Positions 8,506 to 20,420 of a DNA stretch of 55,605 bases are shown piece by piece (the first letter of the stretch is position 1; each line of letters starts with the position of its first letter). Location of the stretch: the NCBI GenBank assembly GCA_017452585.1, contig JAFTMD010000040.1:1-55605 (forward strand). The letters run 5' to 3'. The stretch is from Clostridia bacterium. Lineage in GTDB: Bacteria; Bacillota; Clostridia; Christensenellales; Borkfalkiaceae. A program made the position numbers and the translations under genes. Under the pieces are notes generated by a model, which was not told the DNA's origin, searched no databases, and saw only the letters and a list, made by a program, of their open reading frames with translations.

Positions 8506-9941
8506 GAAAGATTGATCAAGTAATCAGCGATTTGATAGCGTATGCCAAAACCCACCTTCATTTATTGGAGGAAGATACCATGTATGCGTTGAATTCCATT
8601 TTAGAGCTGTTAAATTTGGAGAGCGTGGAGATTGTTCCGCCTGAAAACAGCTTTGAAAAGCCTGACGCATTGTTGGAAGAATTGGTGGCGTACGCTCTGC
8701 AGGAAAAGCGCATAGAAGAATGGGAGCAGGAACGCTTGTGCGACCAAGTGATGGGGCTTTTGTCCCTGCGTCCTTCGGAAGTTCAGAAGGAGTTTGATAA
8801 GCGTTACGCCGTTGGGGCAAAAGAAGCCACTGATTGGTTTTATGGCTATTGTGTTTATAATTATTATGTAAAGCGCGCGCGATTGGATAAAAATCCTCGC
8901 TTTGACGTGAACGGTTTGACGGTTACGATCAACAAGTCCAAGCCCGAATTTCGCGATCCAAACAAGGCGAAGGCGGGTAATTCCGTCAAAGGGGGATATC
9001 CCAAATGCGTCATTTGTCGAGAAAACGAAGGGTATGCGCCCCGTGATAAACGTACGTTGCGTGCGGTGTCCATGACGCTCGGTGGAGAAAACTTCTTCTG
9101 GCAGTATTCTCCGTACGGCTATTTTCATGAACACGGGATTGCCGTCAACTGCACCCATACCCCCATGTACGTGGATAAATCCACCTTCTATAAGCTGATG
9201 GATTTCGTCGATTTATTTCCCCATTATTTCATTGGTTGCAACGCGCCTCTGCCTCGCATTGGAGGGAGCGTTCTCGCGCATGACCACTACCAAGGCGGTG
9301 GAGAAATTCTCCCTTTGCACAAGGCGAAGATTAAAACCTATCTGCAAATGGAAGGGTATGACAGCGTGAAAATTGGCATTCTCGATTGGCCGGGGACGGT
9401 GCTTAGAATCGTCGGTGAGGACAGAGATGCTATTGCAGAAGTGGGGGATAAAATCCGCTTGGCATGGAATGTCTATTCCAATCCCGCCCTGCAAATTGTG
9501 GCAGAGGACGAGAATGGCGTGCATAATGCCATCAGCCCTACTGTGATAAAGCAGGGGGGCAGGTATGAGATGAACATCATTTTACGTTCGAATATCACAA
9601 ACTCACAATATCCCGACGGCATCTTCCATGCGCATCCCGAATACCATATGATCAAGAAGGAGAGCATTGGCCTTATCGAAGCGCAGGGGCTGTTTATTCT
9701 CCCCGGTAGATTGGAAGCGCAACTTGCGGAAGTGGAAAAGTGTATAGCGAATGGACAGCTCAGTGAGGACTTGCAGGAATTTGCGCTCGTCTATGAAGAA
9801 GTGAAGGCGATGGGTGGAGATATTCACGAAGGAATGCAGAGGGAACTCGGTTCAATTTGTCAAAGAATTTTGGAAAATACAGCGGTGTTTACCGACGAAC
9901 AATTCATTGAATTTTTAAAAGGAGTGGGTTGCCATGAATGA
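8502..9941 (+). CDS. galT: UDP-glucose--hexose-1-phosphate uridylyltransferase (long, type 2)
   Basis: 479 aa, the length and layout of the Firmicute-type GalT. HDHYQGG histidine motif. The start ATG overlaps the GH2 stop (ATGA 8502-8505). Confidence 0.9.
   Translation: MRKIDQVISDLIAYAKTHLHLLEEDTMYALNSILELLNLESVEIVPPENSFEKPDALLEELVAYALQEKRIEEWEQERLCDQVMGLLSLRPSEVQKEFDKRYAVGAKEATDWFYGYCVYNYYVKRARLDKNPRFDVNGLTVTINKSKPEFRDPNKAKAGNSVKGGYPKCVICRENEGYAPRDKRTLRAVSMTLGGENFFWQYSPYGYFHEHGIAVNCTHTPMYVDKSTFYKLMDFVDLFPHYFIGCNAPLPRIGGSVLAHDHYQGGGEILPLHKAKIKTYLQMEGYDSVKIGILDWPGTVLRIVGEDRDAIAEVGDKIRLAWNVYSNPALQIVAEDENGVHNAISPTVIKQGGRYEMNIILRSNITNSQYPDGIFHAHPEYHMIKKESIGLIEAQGLFILPGRLEAQLAEVEKCIANGQLSEDLQEFALVYEEVKAMGGDIHEGMQRELGSICQRILENTAVFTDEQFIEFLKGVGCHE
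8578..8592 (+). repeat. iterated motif copy (15/15)
   Basis: CCATGTATGCGTTGA, exact, inside galT, read as T-M-Y-A-L-N. Confidence 0.9.
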
Positions 9942-11049
9942 ATACGCTTATAAAGTGACGGCGGCGGGCCGTATCAACATCATTGGTGAACACGTGGACT
10001 ACTGCGGTGGGAAGGTGTTTCCTGCGGCGCTGACCTTGACGAACACCGTTTACGTACGTCCAAACGGCACCAATCAAATCAATTTGTCGTGGACGACGTT
10101 GCCCGATAAGGTGACGCTCGATTTGGATAAATTGGAGAGTTATCAGGATTTAAAATATGGAAATTATCAAGCAGGGAGTGCCTTGATGTGGAAACGCGCA
10201 GGGCATAAACTGGTTGGTTGCGATATGTTGCAGGATTGTAAAGTTCCCTTCGGTTCAGGGCTTTCCTCCTCGGCGGCGATGGAAGTGTCGACGATTGCGG
10301 CGCTCGCCGTGGTGGCAGGGGAAGAGGTTGATCCTGTAGAAATTGCCCTTCTTGCGCAGAAGGCAGAGCGTGAATATACGGGCGTCAACTGTGGGATTAT
10401 GGATCAATACGCCTCCGCTTGCGGGAAAAAGGATATGGCAATGCTGCTCGATTGCAAGGAGCTCACCTGCTCGTATGTGCCTTTGGAACTTGGCGAATAC
10501 GCGCTTGTCATTGCCAACACCAACAAACCGCACAGCCTTGTGGTGAGCAAGTATAACGAACGTCGCGCGGAGTGCGAAGAAGCACTTGCGATTTTGCAGG
10601 AAAAACTCCCCATCACCTGTTTGGCAGAGCTTAAGAAGGAAGATTTGGAGACACATAAACATCTGCTTCGTGAAATCGTGTATACGAGGGTCAGCCACGT
10701 CGTGGAAGAATGTGAACGCGTCAACCAAGCTGTGCAAGCAATGCAAGCGGGGGATATTCCCTTGCTTGGGAAATTGCTCAACGCTTCCCATGCGTCTTTG
10801 AAAAATAAGTATGAAGTGACGGGTATTGAACTGGATACGTTGGCGGAATCCGCCCAAAGACAGGGGGCATGTATGGGTTCACGTATGATTGGCGGTGGAT
10901 TTGGCGGTTGTACCATCTCGATCGTCAAGCAGGAATGCGTGGAAGAATTTAAGAAAATTGTCAGCAAAGAATACGAAGATGTCATTGGCTATGCACCTAC
11001 CTTCTACGAGGCGGGCATTGGCGATGGAATCACCGTAACGAAATTATAA
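9934..11049 (+). CDS. galK: galactokinase
   Basis: [15 protein letters not shown] (galactokinase signature) and [11 protein letters not shown] (GHMP kinase motif). Overlaps the galT end by 8 nt. Confidence 0.92.
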   Translation: MNEYAYKVTAAGRINIIGEHVDYCGGKVFPAALTLTNTVYVRPNGTNQINLSWTTLPDKVTLDLDKLESYQDLKYGNYQAGSALMWKRAGHKLVGCDMLQDCKVPFGSGLSSSAAMEVSTIAALAVVAGEEVDPVEIALLAQKAEREYTGVNCGIMDQYASACGKKDMAMLLDCKELTCSYVPLELGEYALVIANTNKPHSLVVSKYNERRAECEEALAILQEKLPITCLAELKKEDLETHKHLLREIVYTRVSHVVEECERVNQAVQAMQAGDIPLLGKLLNASHASLKNKYEVTGIELDTLAESAQRQGACMGSRMIGGGFGGCTISIVKQECVEEFKKIVSKEYEDVIGYAPTFYEAGIGDGITVTKL

Positions 11050-11060
11050 GGAGATTGATT

Positions 11061-12074
11061 ATGAAAATTTTGGTTACCGGCGGAGCTGGTTATATTGGTT
11101 CGCATACGGTTGTGGAGCTCTTGGAAAAAGGCTACGAAGTTGTCGTTATTGACAACTACTACAACTCTTGCAAAAAAGCGGTGGAACGCGTGGAAGAAAT
11201 CACGGGAAAATCGGTGGCGCTCTATGAAGGGGACGTGCGCGATAAAGGATTGCTTAGAAAAATTTTCACCGAGCATACCATTGATTGGGTTATTCATTTT
11301 GCGGGCCTCAAGGCTGTTGGCGAAAGCTGTTCTAAGCCGATTTTCTATTATGATAACAACATTGGCGGAACGCTTGCCCTCGTGGAAGTGATGGCGGAAT
11401 TTAATTGCAAAAAGATTGTTTTCTCCTCCTCAGCAACGGTGTATGGAGATCCGGAAGTGCTTCCTTTGACGGAAAATTGCAAGGTGGGCGGTACGACCAA
11501 TCCTTACGGCACGAGTAAATTGTATCAGGAAAAGATTTTGTCGGATATGTACGAAGCGGATAAGGATTGGACGGTTGTTCTCCTTCGCTATTTCAACCCC
11601 GTAGGCGCGCATGAAAGCGGTTTGATCGGGGAAGATCCGCAGGGAATTCCCAACAATTTAACTCCCTATATTGCCAAAGTGGCCATTGGGGAATTGGAAC
11701 GTGTCGGTGTATTTGGGAATGATTATCCTACGCCCGACGGAACGGGCGTGCGTGATTATATCCACGTGGTGGATTTGGCGCAAGGTCACGTCAGTGCCAT
11801 TGAAAAGATTGCGACGACGGGTGTGTTCGTATACAATTTAGGGACGGGGGTTGGCTATTCGGTTCTGGACGTTCTTCATGCCTTTGATAAGGCTTGTGGA
11901 CACGAACTCCCCTACGCCATTTTGCCTAGAAGACCTGGGGATATCGCAACGTGTTATGCCGATCCTACCAAGGCGAAAGTGGAACTTGGTTGGGAAGCCA
12001 AGCTTGGTATTGAAGAAATGTGTGGCAGCCTTTGGAAGTGGCAATCCATGAATCCCAAGGGATATAAATCGTAA
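11061..12074 (+). CDS. galE: UDP-glucose 4-epimerase
   Basis: ORF track 11055..12074. Start moved to the ATG at 11061 (AAGGAG 11048-11053). [14 protein letters not shown] Rossmann motif and YGTSK (YxxxK) catalytic motif. Confidence 0.93.
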   Translation: MKILVTGGAGYIGSHTVVELLEKGYEVVVIDNYYNSCKKAVERVEEITGKSVALYEGDVRDKGLLRKIFTEHTIDWVIHFAGLKAVGESCSKPIFYYDNNIGGTLALVEVMAEFNCKKIVFSSSATVYGDPEVLPLTENCKVGGTTNPYGTSKLYQEKILSDMYEADKDWTVVLLRYFNPVGAHESGLIGEDPQGIPNNLTPYIAKVAIGELERVGVFGNDYPTPDGTGVRDYIHVVDLAQGHVSAIEKIATTGVFVYNLGTGVGYSVLDVLHAFDKACGHELPYAILPRRPGDIATCYADPTKAKVELGWEAKLGIEEMCGSLWKWQSMNPKGYKS

Positions 12075-12115
12075 AATTAGACAGTTTTTTGTTTTAATAA
12101 CTCCTTTTCAAAAGG

Positions 12116-12146
12116 GCCAATCTCGGTGGTGAGATTGGCTCTTTTA
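12116..12146 (+). terminator. intrinsic terminator of the gal operon
   Basis: GCCAATCTC-GGTGGT-GAGATTGGC hairpin followed by TCTTTT. Confidence 0.8.
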
Positions 12147-12216
12147 CGTAGAAATCTATTTTTGTATACAAGATTTTTATTTTTTCTCACATACTGTCAT
12201 GGGAGGAAGAAGACGA

Positions 12217-12798
12217 ATGGAAAGAGGAGTAAAAAGGCAAAACGAAGGGGGTATGTATGCGTTGAGCGCAAAATACTTCCTTCTATTCATGCTCATTTCC
12301 TTCTTTGGTTGGGGATTTGAGGTGCTGTTGATGCGCGTATTGTACGGGGAATGGTTCGATCGTGGCTGGATGCAACTTCCCTTCTGCCCCATCTACGGCA
12401 GTTCGGTGATGGCGATCTATTTCTTATTGGGAACACCCGACGAACCGAGAGGGATTTTACGGGGAATCACGGGGCGAACGAAATGCATATTGGCGTACTT
12501 GTTCTTCGCATTCCTCATTCCTACGTTGGCAGAATTGATAGTGGGAGCATTTTTCGATGAGGTTATGCACAGGGAATTGTGGACGTATGTGGGGTTGCCG
12601 TTTAGCTTTCGTGGATACATCAGTTTGCCCGTTTCTTTGGGGTGGATGGGGTTGATTTTTGTGTTCATGAAGTGGCTGTTTCCCTTCTTACGCAAGGCGA
12701 TCCTGCGTATTCCAAATGGCGTAGCTACCCTGTTGGCAAGCGTGCTGTTGTTGGTCAGTGTTGCAGACGTGTACTATTCTTTTTTCGTTAATAGGTAA
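12217..12798 (+). CDS. small polytopic membrane protein resembling the 'putative ABC-transporter type IV' (CmpB-like) family
   Basis: ORF track 12199..12798. FFGWGFEVLL...RGWMQLPFCPIYG resembles that family as I recall it. Start uncertain: ATG 12217 has GGGAGG 10 nt upstream, and ATG 12253 lies inside an iterated-motif copy. Confidence 0.6.
   Translation: MERGVKRQNEGGMYALSAKYFLLFMLISFFGWGFEVLLMRVLYGEWFDRGWMQLPFCPIYGSSVMAIYFLLGTPDEPRGILRGITGRTKCILAYLFFAFLIPTLAELIVGAFFDEVMHRELWTYVGLPFSFRGYISLPVSLGWMGLIFVFMKWLFPFLRKAILRIPNGVATLLASVLLLVSVADVYYSFFVNR
12251..12265 (+). repeat. iterated motif copy (13/15)
   Basis: GTATGTATGCGTTGAGCGC, read as G-M-Y-A-L-S at or near the 5' end of the membrane-protein gene. 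Confidence 0.8.
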
Positions 12799-12803
12799 AA
12801 AAA

Positions 12804-12827
12804 GAGCGTGGAGAGAACTCCACACTC
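12804..12827. terminator. hairpin between convergent genes (likely terminator for the minus-strand PII operon)
   Basis: GTGGAG-AGAA-CTCCAC core (12808-12823), preceded by an A-run (a T-run on the minus strand). Confidence 0.5.
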
Positions 12828-12845
12828 ATTAGAATTATATTCTTT

Positions 12846-13172
12846 TTATTTTGTTTCCGGTTCTTCCGAAAGTCCAACTACGCTATCGACGGGGAGTGCA
12901 AAGGCAATCCCCTGACCGGGTGTGTCGAGCCCGACTTCCTTATACAAGGCGTGCAAAAGGGAATCCTTGATGGCGGTGGGAACCACGATCATGACGATCT
13001 CCTTTTCCGGCTGAATGGTAATGCCGAAAAAGGTTTCCGCGTTTTTGTTGGCCGTTCCACGTGCATTGAGGATCGTGCCACCGCGCGCTCCTAATTTTTT
13101 TGCGGCGTCCATAACTTGTTCGCTGTAACCGCTGTTGACAATACAAAAAATAGTTTGATATTGAAATTCCAT
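12846..13172 (-). CDS. P-II family (nitrogen-regulator-like) signal protein
   Basis: 108 aa. GARGGTILNARGTA (T-loop region) and GQGIAFALPVDSVVGL parallel the GlnB-like GVGGMTV..GFG and GDGKIFV motifs. Confidence 0.8.
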   Translation of the reverse strand: MEFQYQTIFCIVNSGYSEQVMDAAKKLGARGGTILNARGTANKNAETFFGITIQPEKEIVMIVVPTAIKDSLLHALYKEVGLDTPGQGIAFALPVDSVVGLSEEPETK

Positions 13173-13185
13173 AATTTTTTCTCCT

Positions 13186-13596
13186 TTATTGACTGCGCTG
13201 ATCGCTTAAAAAACGATAGGCGGAAACCCCGATGATACTCGACAGGGGGATAGTGAAGGCGATACCCTTCCCGTTTTTCAGTGTGTGGAACTTTTCGTTT
13301 AAGCCCTGCAAAATCCCTTCCGCCAAATCTTCGCGAAGGATGCTGAAAAGGACGCTTTTGTCCGATTCGTCTAAACCAAGCAGATAGAGCGTATCACTTG
13401 AGGCGGTGCCTTTGCCTGCAACGGCTGTTTGAAAGTTGACGCCTTGCGAGGTTAAATAATCCATATACGAATCCGCCTTATGGCGGTTGACGACGGTAAC
13501 GAGGAGTTTTAATTTCCGAAAATCCGTCTTAAGAGGCTGGGGCCTCGTTTGGGGAGTTTGCGTGTCTTTTTTGGTTTGTTTTTTAAATAAACGCAT
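13186..13596 (-). CDS. P-II-like protein with an N-terminal basic extension
   Basis: 136 aa. LKLLVTVVNRHKADSYMDYL...GKGTASSD...GKGIAFTIPLSSIIGV shows a PII-like fold pattern. The start codon lies inside an iterated-motif copy. Confidence 0.7.
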   Translation of the reverse strand: MRLFKKQTKKDTQTPQTRPQPLKTDFRKLKLLVTVVNRHKADSYMDYLTSQGVNFQTAVAGKGTASSDTLYLLGLDESDKSVLFSILREDLAEGILQGLNEKFHTLKNGKGIAFTIPLSSIIGVSAYRFLSDQRSQ

Positions 13597-13602
13597 ACAT
13601 GG
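13590..13602 (-). repeat. iterated motif copy (14/15)
   Basis: The reverse complement reads GGTACCATGTATGCGTTTA. It fills the gap between the DUF1538 stop and the start of the second PII gene. Confidence 0.85.
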
Positions 13603-13605
13603 TAC

Positions 13606-15138
13606 CTACATAAAGGAAATAATTTGTTCGTCATCAGCATCCAAAATACGACGCATGGTGGTGCGTTCACGGAGATGACGGGAGGCTACCGAACGGAAGC
13701 CAAGCACTTGAATGGTGATAAGGGGAGTCATGGCAACCATTGCCACAAGCCCAAATGCGTCGGTGAGAATCTTTCCCTCGCCTTGCAATACGAAGCAAAT
13801 ACCAACGATGAAGGGGAGGATAAAGGTCGAGGTCAAAGGACCACTCGCTACGCCACCAGAGTCAAAGGCAATGGCCGTGTAGATTTTGGGAACAAAGAAG
13901 GAAAGCCCCAAGGAGAGGAAATAGCCGGGAATCATATAATAAAGAATATTGAAATCGAAAATTACACGAATCACGGAGAGGGCAATAGACACAGCTACGC
14001 CCACTGAAAGAGCGATAAGCATGGAGCGTTCGCTGACGGCGCCCCCGGTTACCGCTTCCACCTGACGTTTCAAAACGTGAATGGCAGGTTCTGCCAACAC
14101 GACAACGAAACCCAATATAAAAGCGATAATGACGAGGAGGGTAGGATTTGCATTTTCCGCAAGCTGCGTGCCCAATTTATAGCCAATGGGCATAAAGCCA
14201 AGGTTGACGGCCACCAAGAAAATTACCAAGCCAACGAAGGTATAGGCAACGCCAATTAAAATTTGAAAAATACGCTTTTTCGGGAGTTTTATAAGTAGGA
14301 AATTGAGCAGGAAAAAGCAACACAAAATCGGGAGCAAAGCGATGATCACCTCAACCATGGTATGCCCGAATTTAGAAAATAGGGTATCCAATTGCATGGT
14401 GTAATCGGGGAGTTTGTAAGTCATTTCGCCCGAAGCGAAAATCCCTAAGAGCATCACCGCCAAGATAGGGCCAATCGAGCAAAGGGCGATAAATCCAAAG
14501 CTGGCTTCACGATCCTTCTGGTCGCCGAGGCTGCTGGCGATCCCGATGCCGAGCGCCATCAAAAAGGGAACGGTGATCGGCCCTGTCGTTACCCCACCCG
14601 AATCGAAAGCAAGGGGGAGAAATGCTTCGTTTCCACCAATAATGACGAGGGAGACGAGGGCAAACAACAACAGATAAAAGAAAGTCAACATTTGCGCCAA
14701 ATGGACGCGGAAGACAATCTTTAATACGGCAAGGATAAGGAAAATTCCCACACCGATTGCGATGGCGAAGGTGAGCAGGGTGGGCTGGAGTACCTCTTTT
14801 ACCTGCGAAGCCAGCACGGATAAGTCGGGTTCCGCCAAAGTGATAAAGAGTCCCATCACAAAGCAAACCACCAGTAATAGACTGAATTTTCCCGATTTGG
14901 GTAATGTCGAGCCGATTTGTTCTCCCATTGGCGTCATGGCGATGTCTGCTCCTAAATTAAAGAGGGAAATCCCCAAAATCAAGGCGATGGAAGCGCATAC
15001 AAAAACAACCGTTTCCTGCCACGTAAAAGTTACGAGGGGGGTACAGTTGAGAAGGAGCACCAACAGGGCTACGGGAAGGACGGAAATCGTCGCTTCTTTA
15101 AGTTTTTCCAATAAAGCTTTTAACATTGTTTTACGCAT
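13606..15138 (-). CDS. DUF1538-family polytopic membrane protein (two homologous halves)
   Basis: 510 aa, more than 10 predicted TM helices. The repeated motifs AFDSGGVTTGPITVPF and AFDSGGVASGPLTSTF define two halves. Co-operonic with two PII-like genes. Confidence 0.8.
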   Translation of the reverse strand: MRKTMLKALLEKLKEATISVLPVALLVLLLNCTPLVTFTWQETVVFVCASIALILGISLFNLGADIAMTPMGEQIGSTLPKSGKFSLLLVVCFVMGLFITLAEPDLSVLASQVKEVLQPTLLTFAIAIGVGIFLILAVLKIVFRVHLAQMLTFFYLLLFALVSLVIIGGNEAFLPLAFDSGGVTTGPITVPFLMALGIGIASSLGDQKDREASFGFIALCSIGPILAVMLLGIFASGEMTYKLPDYTMQLDTLFSKFGHTMVEVIIALLPILCCFFLLNFLLIKLPKKRIFQILIGVAYTFVGLVIFLVAVNLGFMPIGYKLGTQLAENANPTLLVIIAFILGFVVVLAEPAIHVLKRQVEAVTGGAVSERSMLIALSVGVAVSIALSVIRVIFDFNILYYMIPGYFLSLGLSFFVPKIYTAIAFDSGGVASGPLTSTFILPFIVGICFVLQGEGKILTDAFGLVAMVAMTPLITIQVLGFRSVASRHLRERTTMRRILDADDEQIISFM

Positions 15139-15234
15139 ATCTATATTATATCATAAACTTTTGAATATGACAAGAAAAAAAGGTGAAAATTGCACAAAAT
15201 ATTTTTTAAAAAATGATAGATATACAGCGAGAGG

Positions 15235-15258
15235 GCATACTATGTATGCGTTGAGATA
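15235..15258 (+). repeat. iterated motif copy, long palindromic form (14/15 core)
   Basis: GCATAC-TAT-GTATGC-GTTGAGATA. Intergenic, between divergent operons. Confidence 0.85.
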
Positions 15259-15335
15259 TGTTTGAGGAATGTATAAAAGCTGTGGACTAGTGGTTTGACA
15301 AATTTAGACAAATTTAAAATTTTCCTCAAAATTTG

Positions 15336-15364
15336 TTTACTTTTTCGGGGAAGTATGGTATAAT
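15336..15364 (+). promoter_or_regulatory. uvrB promoter
   Basis: TTTACT (15336-15341), 17-nt spacer, TGG-extended TATAAT (15359-15364). Confidence 0.65.
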
Positions 15365-15365
15365 A

Positions 15366-15377
15366 GAACAAATGTTT
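15366..15377 (+). promoter_or_regulatory. LexA (Cheo-box-like) operator candidate
   Basis: GAACAAATGTTT lies immediately after the -10. It matches the Gram-positive SOS box GAAC-N4-GTTC in 11 of 12 positions. uvrB is a classic SOS gene. Confidence 0.6.
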
Positions 15378-15444
15378 GCTAAAAGAAAAAAGGTAAAACT
15401 TCTGCCTTCATCAAAGTGGATATGGAGCAGAAAAAGGAGGGAAA

Positions 15445-17406
<1,962 letters not shown>

Positions 17407-17427
17407 GGAAAATGGGTGGACAGCCTA

Positions 17428-17447
17428 CCCATGTATGCGTTGAGATA
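17428..17447 (+). repeat. iterated motif copy (15/15 core)
   Basis: CCCATGTATGCGTTGAGATA, 22 nt after the uvrB stop. Preceded by GGGTGG (17413-17418), which can pair with CTACCC. Confidence 0.9.
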
Positions 17448-17455
17448 GAAAAATT

Positions 17456-20272
17456 ATGCAAGAAAATATTGTTATTAAAGGTGCGAAAGAAAATAATTTA
17501 AAAAACGTGAATGTAACCATTCCCAGAAATAAGCTCACCGTTTTGACGGGGCTTTCGGGCAGCGGAAAATCCACGCTTGCGTTTGATACGATTTTTGCAG
17601 AGGGGCAAAGACGATATGTGGAAAGTCTCTCCTCTTACGCACGCCAATTTTTAGGACAGATGGAAAAGCCGGATGTGGAGAGCATTGAAGGGCTTTCGCC
17701 TGCTATTTCCATTGATCAAAAAACGACGTCGCGCAACCCGCGTTCGACGGTGGGAACGGTGACGGAAATTTACGATTATTTCCGTTTATTGTTTGCGAGG
17801 ATTGGTGTTCCGCACTGTCCAAAATGCGGTCGACCTATTCGTCGTCAAACGGTGGATGAGATATGTGATCAAATACTTGGTATGCCCGAAGGGAGTAAAA
17901 TTCTCGTCAACGCCCCTGTGGTGCGTGGCAGAAAAGGGGAGTACGTCAAGGAACTGAACGGCTTTAAAAAGAGTGGGTACGGCAGGGTAAAAATTGACGG
18001 AATCGTCTATGACTTGCAAGAGGAGATCAAGCTGGAGAAAAACATCAAGCACAACATCTCCGTCGTGATCGATCGTTTGATCGTCAAACCCACCATTCAA
18101 AAGCGTTTGACGGACAGCTTGGAAGCGGCGTTGAAACTTGCGGACGGGTTGGTTATTATCGACTGCGATGGGCATGAGGAGCTCTATTCGGTCAATTACG
18201 CCTGCCCCGATTGCGGTATTTCCATTGAGGAGATCGAACCGAGAATGTTCTCCTTTAATACGGTATACGGTGCTTGCCCCACCTGTTCGGGGTTGGGATT
18301 TAAGCAATTTGTCGACCCTGATTTGATTTGCCCGGATAAGACCAAGACCTTGCGTGAAGGCGCGATGAAGGTGACCGGTTGGAATTTGGGTTCAGGTTCG
18401 ATGGCGCTCATGGAATTGTCTGCCCTGGCGAAGGTGTACAATTTCTCTTTGGATACGCCCGTGAAGGATTTACCGGAAGGGGTGTACGAAATTTTGATGT
18501 ACGGCAGTGATCGCGCGGTGGATATGCGCTATGAAACCCGATCTTTTTCAGGGAGTTTTAAAAAGACGTGGGAAGGCTACGTCAACAATATGACGCGTCG
18601 ATATGGCACGACTACTTCCGACGGGGTAAAAAGCGATATTGAGAAACTCATGCGCGCAGCGCCCTGTGACGATTGCGAAGGTAAGCGTCTTAAAAAGGAA
18701 GCCCTCGCCGTGCGGGTAGGCGGGAAAAATATTTGGGACGTCTGCGAACTGTCTGTGGATAAGCTGTGCGATTTCATGGATGAATTGCAACCTACGCTTA
18801 CAACCACGGAACATTTGATTGCCGACGCAATCATCAAAGAAATCAACAATCGTTTGGGATTTTTACGAAACGTAGGGTTGAATTATTTGACGTTGACGCG
18901 CGCGGCAGGTACGCTTTCAGGCGGAGAGAGCCAGCGTATTCGTCTGGCGACGCAGATTGGGAGCGCTTTGACAGGCGTCCTCTATATCTTGGACGAGCCG
19001 AGTATTGGGCTTCATCAACGGGATAATGAAAAGCTGTTGCATTCCTTGCAAGGGCTTCGTGATTTAGGAAACACCCTTATCGTCGTAGAACATGACGAGG
19101 ATACGATGCGCGCCGCCGATTATATCGTGGATATCGGCCCGAAGGCGGGGGTGCATGGAGGGGAAGTGGTCGCTTGCGGTACGCAAGAGGAGATTATGGC
19201 AGAGCCTCGTTCGATTACGGGGGATTATCTGGCGGGCAGACGCAAGATAGAAGTGCCACTTGTAAGAAAAACGCCCAACGAACAATGGTTAAAATTGTAC
19301 GGTTGCGCGCAGAATAATTTAAAAAATATTGATGTCAAAGTGCCCGTTGGGCTGATTACGGCAGTGACGGGGGTTTCGGGAAGCGGTAAATCGAGCTTCG
19401 TCAACGAGATCGTGTATCCTCTGCTTGCCAACACGCACAATGGAGCAAAACACGCGTTGGGCAAATATACCAAAGCGGAGGGTGTGGAATATTTTGATAA
19501 AGTAATTGCCATTGACCAATCGCCAATCGGCAGAACGCCGAGGAGTAATCCTGCCACGTATACGGGCGTGTTCAACGCCATTCGTGATTTGTTTGCCATG
19601 ACGCCCGACGCCAAAGAGCGTGGGTATAAGGCAGGTAGATTTTCCTTCAACGTGTCGGGCGGCCGCTGTGAGCATTGTTTTGGGGACGGCATCATCAAAA
19701 TTGAGATGCACTTCCTGCCCGATATCTTCGTGCCTTGCGAAGTGTGTGGAGGGAAACGCTACAACCGTGAAACGCTGGAGGTTAAATACAAGGGAAAGAG
19801 CATTGCCGACATTTTGGATATGACGGTGGAGGAGGCGTGTGAATTCTTCCAACCCGTGCCTACCATTTACAATAAAATCAAGGCGTTGAATGCCGTAGGG
19901 CTTGGGTATATCAAATTGGGGCAGAGCTCCACAACCCTTTCCGGTGGGGAAGCGCAACGCGTCAAACTTGCCACCGAGCTTGCTAAACGTTCGACGGGCA
20001 AAACCATGTATATTTTGGACGAACCGACGACGGGGTTGCATAGTTATGACGTAGATAAATTGATTAAGATATTGTTACAGCTTCGTGAAGCCGGCAACAC
20101 TGTGCTGGTTATCGAGCATAATTTGGATGTAATTAAGACGGCGGATTACCTCATTGATTTGGGGCCTGAAGGAGGCAACGGTGGGGGAACGATTGTCTGT
20201 GAAGGGACGCCCGAAGAGGTGGCGCAGGTAGAAAACAGCTACACAGGGCAATTTTTAAAACACGTATTGTAA
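17456..20272 (+). CDS. uvrA: excinuclease ABC subunit A
   Basis: 938 aa. Two ABC modules (GLSGSGKST, GVSGSGKSS), LSGGE signatures, Cys-rich zinc modules. Confidence 0.97.
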   Translation: MQENIVIKGAKENNLKNVNVTIPRNKLTVLTGLSGSGKSTLAFDTIFAEGQRRYVESLSSYARQFLGQMEKPDVESIEGLSPAISIDQKTTSRNPRSTVGTVTEIYDYFRLLFARIGVPHCPKCGRPIRRQTVDEICDQILGMPEGSKILVNAPVVRGRKGEYVKELNGFKKSGYGRVKIDGIVYDLQEEIKLEKNIKHNISVVIDRLIVKPTIQKRLTDSLEAALKLADGLVIIDCDGHEELYSVNYACPDCGISIEEIEPRMFSFNTVYGACPTCSGLGFKQFVDPDLICPDKTKTLREGAMKVTGWNLGSGSMALMELSALAKVYNFSLDTPVKDLPEGVYEILMYGSDRAVDMRYETRSFSGSFKKTWEGYVNNMTRRYGTTTSDGVKSDIEKLMRAAPCDDCEGKRLKKEALAVRVGGKNIWDVCELSVDKLCDFMDELQPTLTTTEHLIADAIIKEINNRLGFLRNVGLNYLTLTRAAGTLSGGESQRIRLATQIGSALTGVLYILDEPSIGLHQRDNEKLLHSLQGLRDLGNTLIVVEHDEDTMRAADYIVDIGPKAGVHGGEVVACGTQEEIMAEPRSITGDYLAGRRKIEVPLVRKTPNEQWLKLYGCAQNNLKNIDVKVPVGLITAVTGVSGSGKSSFVNEIVYPLLANTHNGAKHALGKYTKAEGVEYFDKVIAIDQSPIGRTPRSNPATYTGVFNAIRDLFAMTPDAKERGYKAGRFSFNVSGGRCEHCFGDGIIKIEMHFLPDIFVPCEVCGGKRYNRETLEVKYKGKSIADILDMTVEEACEFFQPVPTIYNKIKALNAVGLGYIKLGQSSTTLSGGEAQRVKLATELAKRSTGKTMYILDEPTTGLHSYDVDKLIKILLQLREAGNTVLVIEHNLDVIKTADYLIDLGPEGGNGGGTIVCEGTPEEVAQVENSYTGQFLKHVL

Positions 20273-20314
20273 AAAACATGGGTGGTTCATTTTTGTGAGA
20301 AAAACAAAAACGGG

Positions 20315-20404
20315 CCACCCATGTATGCGCTGAACGCTATGTCCTTGGCTTCTCCTTGAGGAGAAGCTGTCGAAAACGAAGTTTGGGACTGATGAGGTGG
20401 AAAA
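20315..20404 (+). repeat. 90-nt direct repeat, copy 1 (left flank of the XRE cassette)
   Basis: Matches 21120-21209 with 4 mismatches. Begins with an iterated-motif copy (CCCATGTATGCGCTGA, 20318-20333) and contains the hairpin CTTCTCC-TTGA-GGAGAAG (A-family left arm, 20342-20400). Confidence 0.9.
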
Positions 20405-20420
20405 GAGAATTTATAAGCCA

